Shown piece by piece: positions 34,921 to 49,029 of a DNA stretch of 64,000 bases; within the stretch, counting starts at the first letter, position 1; each line of letters starts with the position of its first letter. The DNA comes from Camelus dromedarius (lineage: Eukaryota): contig NC_087436.1 in the NCBI RefSeq assembly GCF_036321535.1, positions 91,762,001 through 91,826,000 of the forward strand, written 5' to 3'. The notes beneath the pieces are model-generated. The model made no database searches and was not told the origin of the DNA. It saw nothing but the letters and a program-made list of their open reading frames with translations. Both the position numbers and the translations under genes were made by a program.

Positions 34921-37900
34921 ATTCAGCAAAGAAAACTGGGGCATTGGGAGCCTAAGAAACATTCCTAAAGTCACAAAGTGACAAAGCTGATATTTTAACA
35001 AAGGCAGCTTGACAACAGATTTACTCTCAATTGCAACTCCATGGTATGATTTTTATGCATGACAAAGTATTTATATATTTATGATTTTTGTGACATTAGT
35101 CATTAAAAAAAAAGAAACTTGAAGATAAAAAAGAAGAGAGTCTCTTACACTTACCAATTATGTAAACCTAAGTAAAGATATCACTTAAATGAATTTTGTT
35201 TATTTCCCCTACAACATAAGGCAACATAACTTAAAAGACTGAGTATTAAAATGCCAACTGTACATGAAACTTCCTAGCATTGTCTAAGACCTAAGAGGCA
35301 CTCTGTATATGGTAATTCACTTTAGATTAAAAGTTTGGGACATGGTTTGGTGCAAGATTTGTCCTGAAGTTAAACTATATCAAATCAAAATGGAATACCC
35401 AAGGCTGAAGGGAAATATATCTGAAAAGAGTTTTATTTTCAATGTCTTATAAATGCTGCATAACCTGTTTGAGATAATGTCAAGGGCTTGGGAACAACAA
35501 TAAAGGTAAAGAAATAAAAAATAATCATAGCTATGAAAAGTTAGTGAAACTAGTATTTAATCCATCTTCGAATGTCTCTGATAAAAAGGAAAAACAAATG
35601 GAATATTGATATGCGGTTATATGACCACAAATTCTACACATCTTCTGAGTTTGTTGGATAAATAAAATTATCTTTTCAAAATATTATGAACTGTGAAAAC
35701 ATAAAATCCATGTGGTTGTTACAGCACTCTTTCTTTTGCCTTTTACAGCAAGTACTCTTTAAGAAGTGATTAAGTTCCCACATTTCGGAATATTCATGGT
35801 TCATGGCTTGTGATTTGGCATTTATAAAATAAGTATCTGCCTGGGCACTTAATAAAATAACACGTTGGGGAAGGAAATCTGTGGGTAAAGAAGATATTTG
35901 TTGGATCTGATCTTCCATCTGGAGTCTGCTATCAGTGATGGTAGTGGCCTTGAGGGATGTCTTCAGCTAACTGACAGAGAAACAGGCATCTTTCAAGAGC
36001 TGAGAAATGAATCTTTCATTGGCTGTCAGGACCATTCCCACAAGCAGCATGAGCTAAATCGCTGGAAAGGATTGTCCAGAATCTATCATTCTAATGCTTC
36101 ATCAAACCCACTTCACACTCAGAAAATATTATACCTTGAAGCTACTAAAAATATTTAAATCATTGAATTGTCAAGATGAAATTGAAAAAGGTAAGGCTGT
36201 TTTGTAAAAGACCATGTCTTTAATTTAACCCAGATCTGTTTGAAAAACTCCAGGCAATATCCTGTAACCCTACTCAATGTGTGATGGAATATGTATCAAT
36301 TCTTTGCATCCAAGTCATTTTATGTGTCACTTTTTCATTAATATAAAATCCAGCACATCTCTGCTCACCACCAGGAGCCATACTGTTGTCAGCCATTTTT
36401 CTGAAGTTATTTGTTCTTATTAAAAATTAAGAAGCAAAGGAACATATCTAAAAGTTGTATAGAAAGATATTAAGTTGACCTAGTTATTTATATAGAAACT
36501 ACATGATCTCTAATCTTCTAGAAATTATGTTTAAATGCAAAAAATTATTATGGAAAATGGCTGTTACGAATTTCCAGTAGGTTTTGAAGTAAATAAGATC
36601 AGACTGCTTGGAAAATTAGCCTGTGATTAACCATGTAGCATTTACAACATCTGATTTATAACATCTCTTGTAATTTTACGTTTTGCAACTTTTCCATGTA
36701 TACTGTAGGCTTTTTGAGTGCAGAAAAATATTTTGTAATTGAAAAATTTCCATGACAGATCTAGCATAGTTTTTTTTTGTATTTTGTTTGTTTGTTTTTG
36801 TTTGTTTGCAATTTAGTATATAGGAAAGAGTGGAAACATAGTGATTAAAAAAAAGTCCTAGTTTGGAATCCCAGTTTTGCTTCTATATGGTCTTGGGTAG
36901 TTTGGTTTGGGTTAGGTATAGAACTCATTTTTACCAACTAAACTTAGCTTTCTCACATGCAAAATGGATATCAACCTTGCAGGGTTGCTGTGATAATCAC
37001 CACGGGTGCTCAAAAAAGTATCCATTTTCACAATTTGCTTTATAAATATCAATTGCTTTAATTGGACACTGGCATAGAATATAACACCTCCCGAAAATAC
37101 CCAGATTTTAAAAAGAGATTTCTAAGGCAGGAAATTTTTTTTCCTGATGATCTCTTTGGTCTCTTGCTTGCATTCCAAAGCTCAGAATATATATCATTCT
37201 CATAGAGCACTTTCAAAGAACACTCAACAATTCTAATCTCTTTGTAATGATGTTTTATTTTTTGGGTGGGGTGGGTGGTAAAGAGAAGTCCAATATCATG
37301 CCAGTTCAGGAGTTGAGTCCTCACTAATGACAGTCGATGAAAATCTTTCCAAAATACAGGGAAATCTCCTCCTGATCCCCAAGGATCTGATGACTCACTT
37401 GTGTTTTACCAAAGGGAAGAATCCAACATGTTTTTTACCTGTGTTGGGAAATCAAATACCAGGATGGATTGTTCCCTGACTTCTGGGAAAAGCAGGTACT
37501 GCCTAAAGCTTGCAGCTGGGTAAAGCCTTCCATTCAGCAGAAGGCATCATTTCAGGTCCCAGGGATTTATCTTTTCCTGACACAGAGAAACTTTAAAGAT
37601 GAGCAAACCTACTCTCCTGGGTCACACTCAGTGAAGAGGCCTCTTTTTCAAATTGGCAGAGGTAGATATATCTCAAAGCTATTGAAACCTGTGCTTTTGT
37701 GCTTTGCTTGGAACAGGTCTATTCCAAGACCATGGGAGAGCTCCCAGACATGTGTTCATATGGGCAGGTGCATTATTAATATGCAAAGTAAGAGATTTTA
37801 ACAACAAGCAGTTTAGACAGCTGTCTCTTTCCTCTGCTGTCCCCTGAGCTACATTTCCCCTCATGCCACGTGGCTTTGGAAGGAATGTCATTTCAGCTGG

Positions 37901-38646
37901 GGATTCTGGTGAGGAAAAATTGAATTGGGAAAACAATTGGCTAGATTATATCTACTTGCTTTGCTGTTAGTTTTGTGTATAGTTAAATTGATGCTAGCCT
38001 CCTAACTAGCCACATGTTATCGTGACATGATGACACAGGGCCAGAGATTCTTTAATAATATGCCCTATGGGGTCTAGTCAGGAAAGTAGATAAAGACGAG
38101 AAACAGGTTTTGCGGACCAATGCTGGTCTGAAGAAAATTTGTCCGATCATCACATATAAAATGCTAAGCAGATGATTTGACACTTATCAGTGTCTAGTCA
38201 AAATAGAACTTCTTTCAGATCATAAATATACCTGATAACCCAGAATATGCAATCATAAATGTGCCATAATTTTTCCCTTTCTTGATGGAATCATGCTAAA
38301 TTTAAATTATAGAGAACAAATTTGGAGCCTGGGCTACACATACTGATCACTTCTAAGGCACATGTTTTATTCATTCCAGCATACAGGGTCATTTTAGCAC
38401 ATCCAATGCATCTGGTCTTAATGAGATGTGGGACATCCAGAGGAAACCAAGTACAGTTCATAATAAAGGCAGTAAGGAGAAGAGAGAATTTTTAAACCAA
38501 AGTAATAAATAGCCTCCCAGATTACTTGATAATCCAGTTAATGAAAATGGCTGTTTCATATAAACATTTGTTGGAAAATATCAAACCAGTTGCTGATTTG
38601 ACAAGAAACACTGAAATCAATAAAGCAAATAAAATTAATATGTTCC

Positions 38647-39160
38647 TCTGACAGGCACAATGAGGGCCACCAAAGATGTCTGCATCCCAATCTCCAGAAC
38701 CTGGGAATGCGTTCCTTCACATGACAAAGGAATTTTTCCGATGGGATTAAGGCAAAAACCCAGAGATGGTGAGGCTATTCTAGATTATTCTGTATTATCT
38801 TTTTAGGCTCAGTTTAATCCCATCTTTCCATAAAAGCAGGTAATTTTTCCCAGTCATGGGCAGAGGGAGATGTGATTGAAGAAGAAGGGTCAGAGAGATA
38901 CAACATTGGTGACTTTGAAGATGGAAAGCAGGAGTCAGGAGTCAAAGTATGTGAGTGGCTTCTAGAAGCTAATAAGGGCAAGGAATTAGATTCTTCTCTC
39001 GAGCTTCCAAAAAAGAATGCAGCATGGCTGACATTCCTTATTTTAGCTCAGTGAGACCTTGGCCAGACTCATGACATACAGAACTGCTTGATAATCAATT
39101 TGTGTTTTTTGTCACCAAGAATGTGGTAATTTGTTACAGCAGCAGTCAAAAACTAATACA
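38647..39160 (+). mobile_element. MaLR solo LTR (MLT1D-like)
   Basis: CCAAAGATGTC…CCAGAACCTG…ACTTTGAAGATGGAA…TCTAGAAGCT…GGCAAGGAA…GTGGTAATTTGTTACAGCAGCA…AAACTAATACA. Confidence 0.9.
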
Positions 39161-39460
39161 GTGCCACTATAGTCATAGTAATGCATATGGTGAATTAGAA
39201 GAATATTTGATTAGCTTTTAGAAAATGTGACATGTCCATAAATATTAAAGTTCAGCTATCAAAAGTAATTTAGTGTAGCCATAAGTCAAAGTTGTTCAAG
39301 ATATTTCTGTGTACACCTGTAGTTTCAGTGTAATTATCAGTAACACTTTTTTTATTTGGTTAAGAAATTACATTGTCAGGTTTTCTAAATTTAACAATTT
39401 CCAAACTTACATGAACATTACAAATAAGGAGTTCTGAAGCTCAAAGAAACTCTTCTAAAC

Positions 39461-39669
39461 CAGGAGTTAGCCAACTTCATCTATGGAGTAAATCTGGCCC
39501 ACAAGCCTCTAACTGTATTAGTGAGGTAAGAATGATTTTTACATTTTACATGGGTATATTTTAAATGGTTATATGAGAATCTACATAATATTGTCAATTT
39601 TCCCTAATAGTCAACAAAGACTAAAATCTCTACTACCTGGTCCTTTAAGAGAAAGTTTGTCTACCACTG
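39461..39669. mobile_element. MER58-like hAT-Charlie MITE
   Basis: TIR-like ends CAGGAGTTAGCCAACTT … AAGTTTGTCTACCACTG; 8-bp TSD TTCTAAAC/CTATAAAC. Confidence 0.8.
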
Positions 39670-39794
39670 CTATAAACTATCAATAATAAAAAAACAAATT
39701 TTGAGCAGTCCTCCTAGGGAAAGAAGGAATTCTTTATTCTATCAAAAACGATTATACAAAATTTTGTCCTGTGCAGAGATGATTAAAGTGTATA

Positions 39795-40205
39795 CAACCA
39801 CCTCCACATTCATTGCAGCACTATTTACAATAGCCAAGACATGGAAACAACCTAAGTATCCATTGATGGATAAAGAAGTTTAGTGTGTGTATAGATAGAT
39901 AGATGGATAGATAGATGGATAGATAGATAGATAGAAAGATAGAAAGAAAGATATACACACAAATGGAATATTATTCAGCCATATAAAACAAAAAGACGTC
40001 CTACCACTTGTGACAACATGGATGGGCCTTAAAGACATTACACAGAGTGAAATAAATCAGACAGAAAAAGGCAAACACTATGATTTCACTTATATGTGGA
40101 CTCTAAAAAACAAAAAAGCAAACCAAAAAAAGCCCAAACCATCAAACTCATAGAAAAAGAGATCAGATTTGTGGTTATCAGAGGAGGGGACTAGGGGAGG
40201 GAGAA
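39795..40205 (+). mobile_element. L1 ORF2 end / 3'UTR fragment
   Basis: TTCATTGCAGCACTATTTACAATAGCCAAGACATGGAAACAACCTAAGT (FIAALFTIAKTWKQPK)…AAACTCATAGAAAAAGAGATCAGATTTGTGGTTA. Confidence 0.93.
39891..39952. repeat. (GATA/GATG/GAAA)n tetranucleotide microsatellite inside L1
   Basis: Seen directly. Confidence 0.95.
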
Positions 40206-41139
40206 TAAAGAAAAAGAAAAAAAGCATACAGCTAGAAAATAAAGGGGAAAATTATTACAAATATGTTTAAAGAAATCATTTGATTTTTTAAAATGCTGTT
40301 CGCTTCAAACATCATAATGTTTGTATCTGTCAGAATTCAAAATTCATAATTCATTGTGTTTTATTTTCTTGCTCAGAATCAACATTAACTTTCAAACTGA
40401 ATTTCATATTTTGAATCATGTATTCCTGTTTTTATGGCGGACCCACATAACTTAGATGTGCCTTTGCAAATTCAGGAAGTGGCTCAGAGTCGATGCCTCT
40501 GCCGCCAGGTCCCCGAGGCACCCCCGGGGGGCAGGGCAGTGCAGGTTCTTACGTGCACTGCCCTCCTGGGCAGGTGAAGGTCCTGGCCTTGGGGAAAAGG
40601 TCTGCTCTGGGACTGAAATACTGCTGCATGTGGCACAGCTCGGGGACCAGGACCCTGCTGAGCTCCCCCTGCTGGTAAGCTGAGCCTCCGAGAAGGAGCT
40701 GATGGCCTGTGAGGCCAAGATGCTCAGAAGGTCATTATCAGGGAAACTAAATTGTCTTTGAAGGCCAAGTTGCGTTTTTCTGCAATTCCCCAACTGGCCA
40801 CAAAGAACCTCTTCCAGCTGCATTTAAAATGAAGAGAGAAACACTCTGGCTTCTGTTGAGCTGAAAGTGTCCTAACAGACCAGAGAGCCTCAACAGCAAC
40901 TTGTAGTTTACAAACAACAGGGCTTCTTAGGAGGGTGGGGTCAGAACCAGAAGTTTCTGTGCTCTGAAGGCAGCTTCCCAGCCACCCCGCTCTGAGCACA
41001 GAGCCCCAGCCAGCCCAGTGCTGTTTCATTCTATACCCACGTACAATTATTTCAGGGACCCTCGCAAAGACCCTATCCCAGCAGAATGTCCGCTGTTCTC
41101 CCAGCGTGCCGGTCACTCCCTGCTCCCCATTGTACCCGC

Positions 41140-41448
41140 TTTCTCTCTGCCTGAGACTCCCTCGGCCCTGCTCAGGTGCCGCCTCCTCAGAGAGGCTTTT
41201 CCCCGTGACCCCGTCTAAAACGGCAGCCGCCATCACTCTTTACAACCTCGATGCAATCCATTGTTCTTTAGGTCACGTCGCACAACCTGATCTTTTCATC
41301 ACGTGTCTGGATACTTTTCTCTTTCTCACCAGTAAATGATACCATTGCAAGGACTTTGTCTGTTGTGACCCCTGTTGAATTCCCAAGGCCTAAAACCACG
41401 TCTGGCACATGGAATGACTCAAGAATTATTTACTAAATGAATGATTGA
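41140..41448 (+). mobile_element. L2 LINE 3' end, unusually CpG-rich
   Basis: CTCAGGTGCCGCCTCCTCAGAGAGGCTTTTCCC…TCTAAAA…GGACTTTGTCTGTT…TCCCAAGGCCTAAAAC…CTGGCACAT…CTCAAGAATTATTTACTAAATGAATGA. Confidence 0.8.
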
Positions 41449-42489
41449 ACGATTTAAGTGTTGTTCGCTGGTTGGAGAGCTAGCCTCTAACGCATTTATA
41501 TAATGTGAGATACCCTTCTAAAAATTGCTTCAAGGTGATCTTGAGTCTGTACAAGAGAGCATTTGGCAGTTCCTTTCACTGGAGAAGGAAATAAGAACTG
41601 ACTTTCGCAGGCTGCACAACCAAATTTTATCTTGGATAGAATTGTTCACTTTATGCGTTTTCCTAAAGAAAGTAGAATACTAGAAGTTGTATATTTCTAG
41701 ATAATATCTCATTTTCATGGAATCATGGGTATTATATTTGTATGGTAATATCAATGATGCTTACTAACACAAAGAGAGAAATTACTGTATCTTTTGCCTG
41801 AAGTTCGAAGGATAATATCAAAGTAAAGAAAAATGAAGGTGGTTTTTGCCTTGTTTGTTCTCTTGCTTGCTTCTTTTGTGTTTTATTGTGTAGTCCAATG
41901 ATTAAATTCTCAACCAATAATGTATTTATGGAAATAAACAAGGAAAGTACAAAGTTTTGATGGATATGGAAATTTTATGAATACTGCAAAAGAAATGCAA
42001 CCCATGATTTATTCTTCCTCTGATTTATCAGGAGTCTCCAATCTTTTGGCAACTGAAATTGGGTAGTGGAATAGAAGTGATCATAGGAGATGGAATTATT
42101 TGTCATTCTGACTGTCTCCATGCAGGTACAAAAAGCTGCTACTTTACAGAACTCAGCTGAGTGACACATACAGCAGAGGCCAGTGGGTCAGTATGGTACT
42201 TGATAGCACCAGCATTCTATGATTCTCTGATAAATCTCAGTGACACTTAACTAGGTTTCATCACAAGTGCTGTGTGGCATAAGGAAAAGGGCAACTAGAT
42301 TCACACTCCAGAAAGACAGGAAGGACCAATCAAACGCATCAGAAGCTCAACATAGACTGAGTTTATAGATCAATGAACTAGACCTAAGAGATCTGGGCTA
42401 TAGCCTGGCTATTTTTGCTCTTAATAACCTCCCATAATATCCTCATGTAACCTGTTTTGAGAAGCACTAAGAGGTATATTAACCACGAA

Positions 42490-42930
42490 ACTAATCAATC
42501 AACAAATATTCCTCTGTACTTATTATATATAAAGAGAATGCTAGGCACACTGGGGAAGACAGAGTCTGAGCGAGTTCCTACATCTTAATCCTTGAGAAGC
42601 TGAAAACTGATTTAGAAGAAAGACATAGACACAAAAGAGATAAACAGCATGATTTAAGTGACTAATGCATGGTCCTGAAGATTACAGATACAGATTCCTC
42701 ACTGCAAGTTAGGGCAATCAGGAAAGATTGGCTTGGAAGAATGAAGAGTCTTTTGATAAAGAGTAAAAAGGAAGAGAAGGCATTGCTGGCAGGGCTAAAG
42801 ATTACTCAGTGAAGAACTCAACCAATTTGGCAGAGACAGAGGGTGCACGTTAAGAAGTAATAGAGTACAAGATATAAAAGGAAATTGTGGAGGACCTGAA
42901 AAGACAAGCAAAACAATTTGTCTATCATTT
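42490..42930 (-). mobile_element. L2 LINE 3' fragment
   Basis: TCAATCAACAAATATT…TGCTAGGCACACTGGGGAAGACAGAG…AATCAGGAAAG. Confidence 0.7.
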
Positions 42931-42944
42931 ATTTGAACAGATTC

Positions 42945-43652
42945 TCAGCATTGTTAGTTTTAAAAAACCCTTTTATGGTAAATATTTTGTGATGACAAAC
43001 TTACTAATATTCTGAAGGAAATTATAAACATCTCAAAATATAAGCAAACATAATATCTTAACAGCAATAAAAAGGAAAATATATATAGAAAATAATTTAT
43101 AATGAAATAATATGTATTTTGGTCTGCAGGTGCTTAAACATGATTATAGTAGAACACAGAACACAGTCTGATGACATCTATATTCACAATCACCAGGAAA
43201 GAATATTTTAAGAGAGTAACAAAGTTAGTACTGATTATTCTTGTCTAAAACCCCACAAATATAATGGGTGTTAGTGACATAATCTTCAGAAATATTAAGT
43301 AACTTTTCATCAAGTTATAAAAAAAGTCATCTTTCAATGTAAATGTTAGCGGCATCTTGGAAAATTCATTGTATATAATAATGTACAAAACATGTTCTTA
43401 TGAAAAATAGGGAAAGTTTTTAGGTTCATTTAACTTGACGCAGACTTTTGACCAAATGGTAGATAGAAATCATGCAAGATGCTGGGAAACACTTTGTGTG
43501 AAGTTGCCCTGCATTTGCAGCCTTGCAAGCCTGGATCCTGCATCCTCAACTATGCCAGTAGGAACCCTCCAGTTCCCATGAAAACCCATCCTTTGCCATG
43601 AAATTCTAAAACACTCCCTAGGGTTCAGTATCACCCCCACTGGGAAACACTG
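42945..43652. mobile_element. hAT-Charlie element (MER20B-like) inserted in L2
   Basis: 3' end …CCCTAGGG…TATCACCCCCACTGGGAAACACTG resembles the MER20-family terminus; AT-rich interior. Confidence 0.55.
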
Positions 43653-44829
43653 GCCTACAAAACAAGGAATCCTGACAATGGTTGGATAAGGAAAGAAGGT
43701 ACTAACGCTGGTGGTGCTGAATTAACAGTACATATTCCTGGGGTAGTGAGAGAAATCACAAATTTATTGCAATAGTTCTGTTGAAATGGAGCATAGACTT
43801 GAAATAGGAAAATGACACTAGGAATATAAAAAAGAAGACAAAAGTATAAGAAAACATTAAGGGAGAATCAGCAGAAATTGATGGTTGATTGGATGTGAAG
43901 AATGAAAAGAGGAAGTCAGAGTGTTTTGTGTATTTCTGTTTTGTTTCTTTCTCTTTTTTTCTTTTTTGAAGTAATAAATCGCCATTGCCCCCCCCCTCCT
44001 TTCTTTGATGGCTGCCAATTTTAGAGTAACAACTATATTTTTATGTGTTTTTTTTTTCCACTTATTGTTGGGTTTCTCACTTTTAAACATTGTGCCTTTA
44101 ATTTCAGTAATGGAGTGAATATAGTAGATGGAGGGGATGTCCTATTGGGTGATACTTAATAAAAGCTAATGGATACTGACTCCCCACACTCCTGCCCCTC
44201 TAATAGTCAAACCATCCTATTTTGGCGATGGTCAGCCATTGCACACCATCTGCTACACCTGAGACACCACAGCATGGTGTACGCATAAATGTCTTCTAAA
44301 GGCATCCCACAGACCGGAGCGATTTTCTGCTTAAACATAACCACAACCAACTCTTTTCCATTTTGATTAGTATTCAGCATTTGCAGTGGGGATCACGCAG
44401 AAGAGTAAATAATCAAAAAACATAAACAATGTCATGTAATTTTTAGAAAATAATAGAATTATTGATTAAAATAGAAATGTTATGGTGGGGTGGATAACTG
44501 GTATTGGGAGTTAAGGGGAGAGACTGAAATTGTAAATGTTGGTTTTCAGGTGATGATTTATTTTAAAATAACTTTATAAATAAAAGCATAAAAATTTTCT
44601 TTCAAAATTTGTATCTCAGGGAACTGATGAAACTCTAAGTACATAGAGGAGTTTTTTTGTTATATTAACTGAAAATTTTTTTTATTTAGTAAATATATGA
44701 GTGTGTGGTATTTCTATAGAAATGGGTGTTGCCCCTAAGGGACAGCCACATCATACGATACTTCTTTAATTCACTGCAATGTAGTTAGTAACTTGGATGG
44801 GATCTGTAGTTATCATTAATACTCTTTGT

Positions 44830-45150
44830 CCATTTTTTTTTGGTTCTAATTCTTCTGAGTATATAGTAGAACGACATGAGGATGCCATCTAACTGAGTCA
44901 GGACATGTAAACTAGTTTTAGCCAATAAAATGTAAATTAAAGAAGCAGATATATCTCTTCTAGGCTAAACCTAAATTGGCATTGTGATACATCCCAGAGC
45001 TCATAAGTCCTTCTCACAAATCAATCTAGAAATGTCTGGAATTGAGGCTGCTCCTTCAGCCTGAAATCCTAAAGAAGATATAAGTGAAACTTCTTTCCAA
45101 AGCATTGTGGACAAACTGAGTGCATAGAAATAAGTCTGTTGCTCTATTTA
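44830..45150 (+). mobile_element. MaLR LTR (old MLT1I/J-like)
   Basis: GGACATGTAAACTAGTTTTAGCCAATAAAATGT…GAGGCTGCTCCTTCAGCCTG…AGAAATAAG. Confidence 0.55.
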
Positions 45151-46546
45151 CTTTCTAAAAGGTGCAGCAGATATATAAGGGATACCCGTGTGCAGTTGTG
45201 AATCTTCAGTACCTACCAGAGGTCTTAGAACATGATGGGGATGCAATACAGTTTTAACAATGGGTTGAATTTAAATGACACTATAAATCAAAAATCTCAT
45301 TCTTAGGTGCCATGTGGAAAGAACTTCTGTTCTTGTTTTAATCCAATTAAACAATTCTGTTTTTACAATTATAAATTTTCAAATATGTTTGACATTTCTT
45401 TCTTAAATGTGTTCAGTGGCCACACTTTTTCTTTACACTAAAAATCTGTAGCTGATTTAAAGCAACAATGAAGTGATTATTATAAGAACTAAAAGAGCCT
45501 AAAAGCGTCCAACCCTAATCATATATCAAATTGTATGAAAACCTAAATAGAAGACAATGTTGATTATCAAAGAGTTGTTTTTCTCAATAGCTTTTAAACA
45601 TATGGCCACATGAGTCCCAAAATCCTCAAGGAAAGTGAAAACGTGCTCAGAACTTAAAGAGGCCTCAACAACCCATTAAAATTTTTTATTTTATTGAATA
45701 AAGTGTAGTGAGAAACCATCCAATTTTCAACTTTCTGTTGTCTTCTAAGGAATATGAAAAACCAACCAAAACTCAGAAACATGCACACCATAGCTAGTTC
45801 CTCTGGTTCAAGAAATTCCCTGAAACCGAACTATACATTTTCATGGTCAAGAACAATCAGACATTAATTTTTACCAAGACTCATCATAAAGCATTTTATC
45901 AGCTTCCACAGGAGAGCTGAAATTGCTCACTTTCCATTTGGAGAAGACAGAGTCACTATGTACAGTCATGTACTGACCTAAAAGTTGGTGGACCCATGAG
46001 GTGGGACAACATGATGCTCTCCACTGGTCAAGCGTTTGAAAGTATTATCCTTAAAATCACTCTTCTTCTCTTCTCTATTTGCCTTTTTTGTCCTGTCTTG
46101 TCTTTGTTATCTCTAACTTTTTCTCTTTCCTTTTCCACTGCCAATAAAGTTTGGTTTTCCCATAGCTGTCTTCTCTTTTGACAAAGATTTAATGATATAA
46201 TTCACACTTGAGATGGTATAGATTGGAGACAGCTTAATATGTGCAATTAGGAGAATTTCCCTTTGCCGGATAACAAAATATATCCTAAAAAGATCCAGTT
46301 TTCACAGAAGACAAGAGCTTTTGAGAGCTTTTCAACCCATAACCAAGTATTCTGTTATAATGTAAATGCAAATGCCCCTTTACACAGAAACTCTATATTA
46401 ATTAATCAATTAATTAATTTCATAAATCCATTGTTTCTTTTTCTCTCTTTACTTTGAATCTAAGCCAACATGAGCAAAACACACAGAGATCATATAGGGA
46501 GACAAAAACTCACACTAACATGCTCTATCTCTCATTTTTCTCTCTT

Positions 46547-46585
46547 ACACACACACAAACACACACACACACACACACACACACA
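46547..46585. repeat. (CA)n microsatellite
   Basis: Seen directly. Confidence 0.97.
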
Positions 46586-49029
46586 GATGACAAACAATTT
46601 AGTTCTATCCAAAGTCTCTTCTCTAGTGATCAAAATATGAAGTTTTGGCTAATGTTAGGGTCTTGGGGCTAAGAAATTCTGAGCAGAGCTTCTTGAGGCT
46701 GTAATGTATGGAATAATAGGAAGAAGGTGTCCAGCATCATATTAATGGGACCAAGCAGAGCTTTGAAAGCAAAGGGCCATCAGTGAGAATATATAAGAGA
46801 GAGAGAGAGGCTGTTTTGGGGAAAGTCTTGGAAAATTCCAACATACAAAAAGATTTTAAAAACTTACATATTATATTTCACATAGCAAATTATGTCCAGG
46901 CACATTTTTTAATATAGCTCACTAGAAGCTTTGCAATTTGATTCAATGTGAAATATAATATGCTCTGTTAATAAAATGTATAAAGTCTTGACCAAATTTG
47001 ATCGAACCCTCTCTGATTATCAAATTTTAAAATTGAATTGCTTTTCAAGTTAAATTCCAAAGAACTGAAAGCCCAGATTTCTATGCTCCTTAATATCTCA
47101 TCTTAACAGTCTCAGCAGGGGAACTTTAGGGACCCAAAACCAAAAATTTGATATTCACTGCTTTAGCCCATATATATTTTCTTGCATATAACATACTACA
47201 TTACTGTCCACCTTGATTTTAACAACAACAAGTAATTTTAAAGAAATATGTGTATTGCTTAATTTATCTCTGCTAGTCCTTATCTTACAAACTAGCGTCT
47301 CTTCGGATGATATTGGAAAGTAGACAAAGAACTGATAGTTGTGGCTAGAATTCTGCCAAAGCCCCTTTCACAGTTTGTATCCGATTGTATCCATATCCAT
47401 AAGGACACCATGATCAATTGTAACTGAATGCAATCATTATCAGCTGATTTCAAAAATAGGATTTGCATAATAATAACTTAAAGTGTGGCCACTGAATAAC
47501 ATCAAAATTTTCAGGACAAAAATGAATACCTCTCTAGAAGTAGAATAATTTCAGTTGTGACGTATAGTGAAGAATGTTTTTCTAGATGTGGGAGCCTTAT
47601 CTGATATCCATAAATCCTTCCGCCTACTTCTATGCATGAGTCTATTTGTAGATCAGAAATTTAATATTCACTATTTCAACAATTTGTGAGCTACCCAGAA
47701 GCTCATCACATGTCATTTCTCATTTTCCTGAGGCATGAATTGGAATTACCAAAGCAGCAAGGGTAATGAGAGGGAAAGAGACAGTTAATACATTTGTGAG
47801 GCCAACCAGGGGAACAAGAGGCTCGTCTCACTTCCCCACACAGTCGAGGTGAGAGCATCTCATTGGGATAACGGCTGTGAGGGAAGAAATCTTGATCCCT
47901 TAACAAATTTGTTTGGGAAACTTGAAGTGGATCTTAGCAGGCAACAAATTAGGAGCCCAGGTTTTTAGTGGGAATAAGCAATACCTTAGCATCGACGCGT
48001 CCCTCTTTTGCAGAAAGTGAAGCCTAGTGGTTCTACGCGAGCTGCCCCATTTGGAATGTATAACAAACAAGCGGGGGCGAAATTCAAGGTTTGACTCCCA
48101 TCGAAATAGGAGGTGCAGTAACTAGGGGGTGTAACTTCACTCCGCTGACAATAGGATGCTTATCAAGAACTAAGTATGCAGCACAGTCATACAAAAAAAG
48201 AACCCTTAAAACAGCCCAGGGCTATGGGGTGGCCTCTGGGTCTAACCCCAGCTGATGTGATACAGAGCAGCACGTTTATTTGTACCTTGACCCGTGGAGG
48301 AGGAGGGACATTTACTCTTCTGACTTGGTTGCAGAGCTGATTCAGAAACTTAGCTGCAGATATTGTAAGTGAGGATCGTCCCTGGCGTCAGCTGAGTGGA
48401 GCTGAAGCCAGGAAGGACTGACATAACCCAAGATGCCTTGTGACTATGAAAAAGTCCTGTATTGTCACCACAACTAAGATCTCCAGAAGCATAAGACGTA
48501 ATGTCAGATTATTTCAGGAGAATCCTATTAATAGAAATCTAAAACAAAAGCTTTTTCAAGGCCACACAATCATTGAGCATATCTGCTCCTCACCTGTGGT
48601 ACACTGGTTTACTTAACTATGTAGCTTTATTATTTTATATATTTTATCTTTTCCCTTCTTTCACAAGTCAACCTTTTAGAATGTCCTTGACATTCTTAAA
48701 GTTTTCTTTTCTACATGGACTTTAGAATACTTTTACCCTATTTTAGTTGCTGAATTTGTAGATTAAAGAGAAATGACATATTCCTAACACACAAATGAAT
48801 GAATCTTCCTTTGAAAGCTAATTTATTCAAAACTCCGTTTCTGTCTTGTTAGCAGTGGGAAGTTTCATTCGCATAGATCTTACCCATTTCTTGTGAAGCT
48901 TATTCACTTTTCCATTTATCATTTTGTTCCTTTTGTTAATTTTTATTATACTTTAAATGGATGATTCCTATCTATGGGAAAGATTATTTTAATCATTTAT
49001 TTACCTAAAAAAGAAAATAATTTACCATA

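Noticed and set aside
40452..41339. Cluster of overlapping ORFs up to 170 aa
   Set aside because: Explained by local GC richness (few stop codons) and partly overlaps an L2; no protein similarity recognised.
47700..48480. Possible endogenous non-retroviral viral element (e.g. bornavirus N-like)
   Set aside because: No recognisable viral protein motifs in the ORF track or by eye, and no tail or TSD; a tBLASTx search would be needed to exclude it fully.
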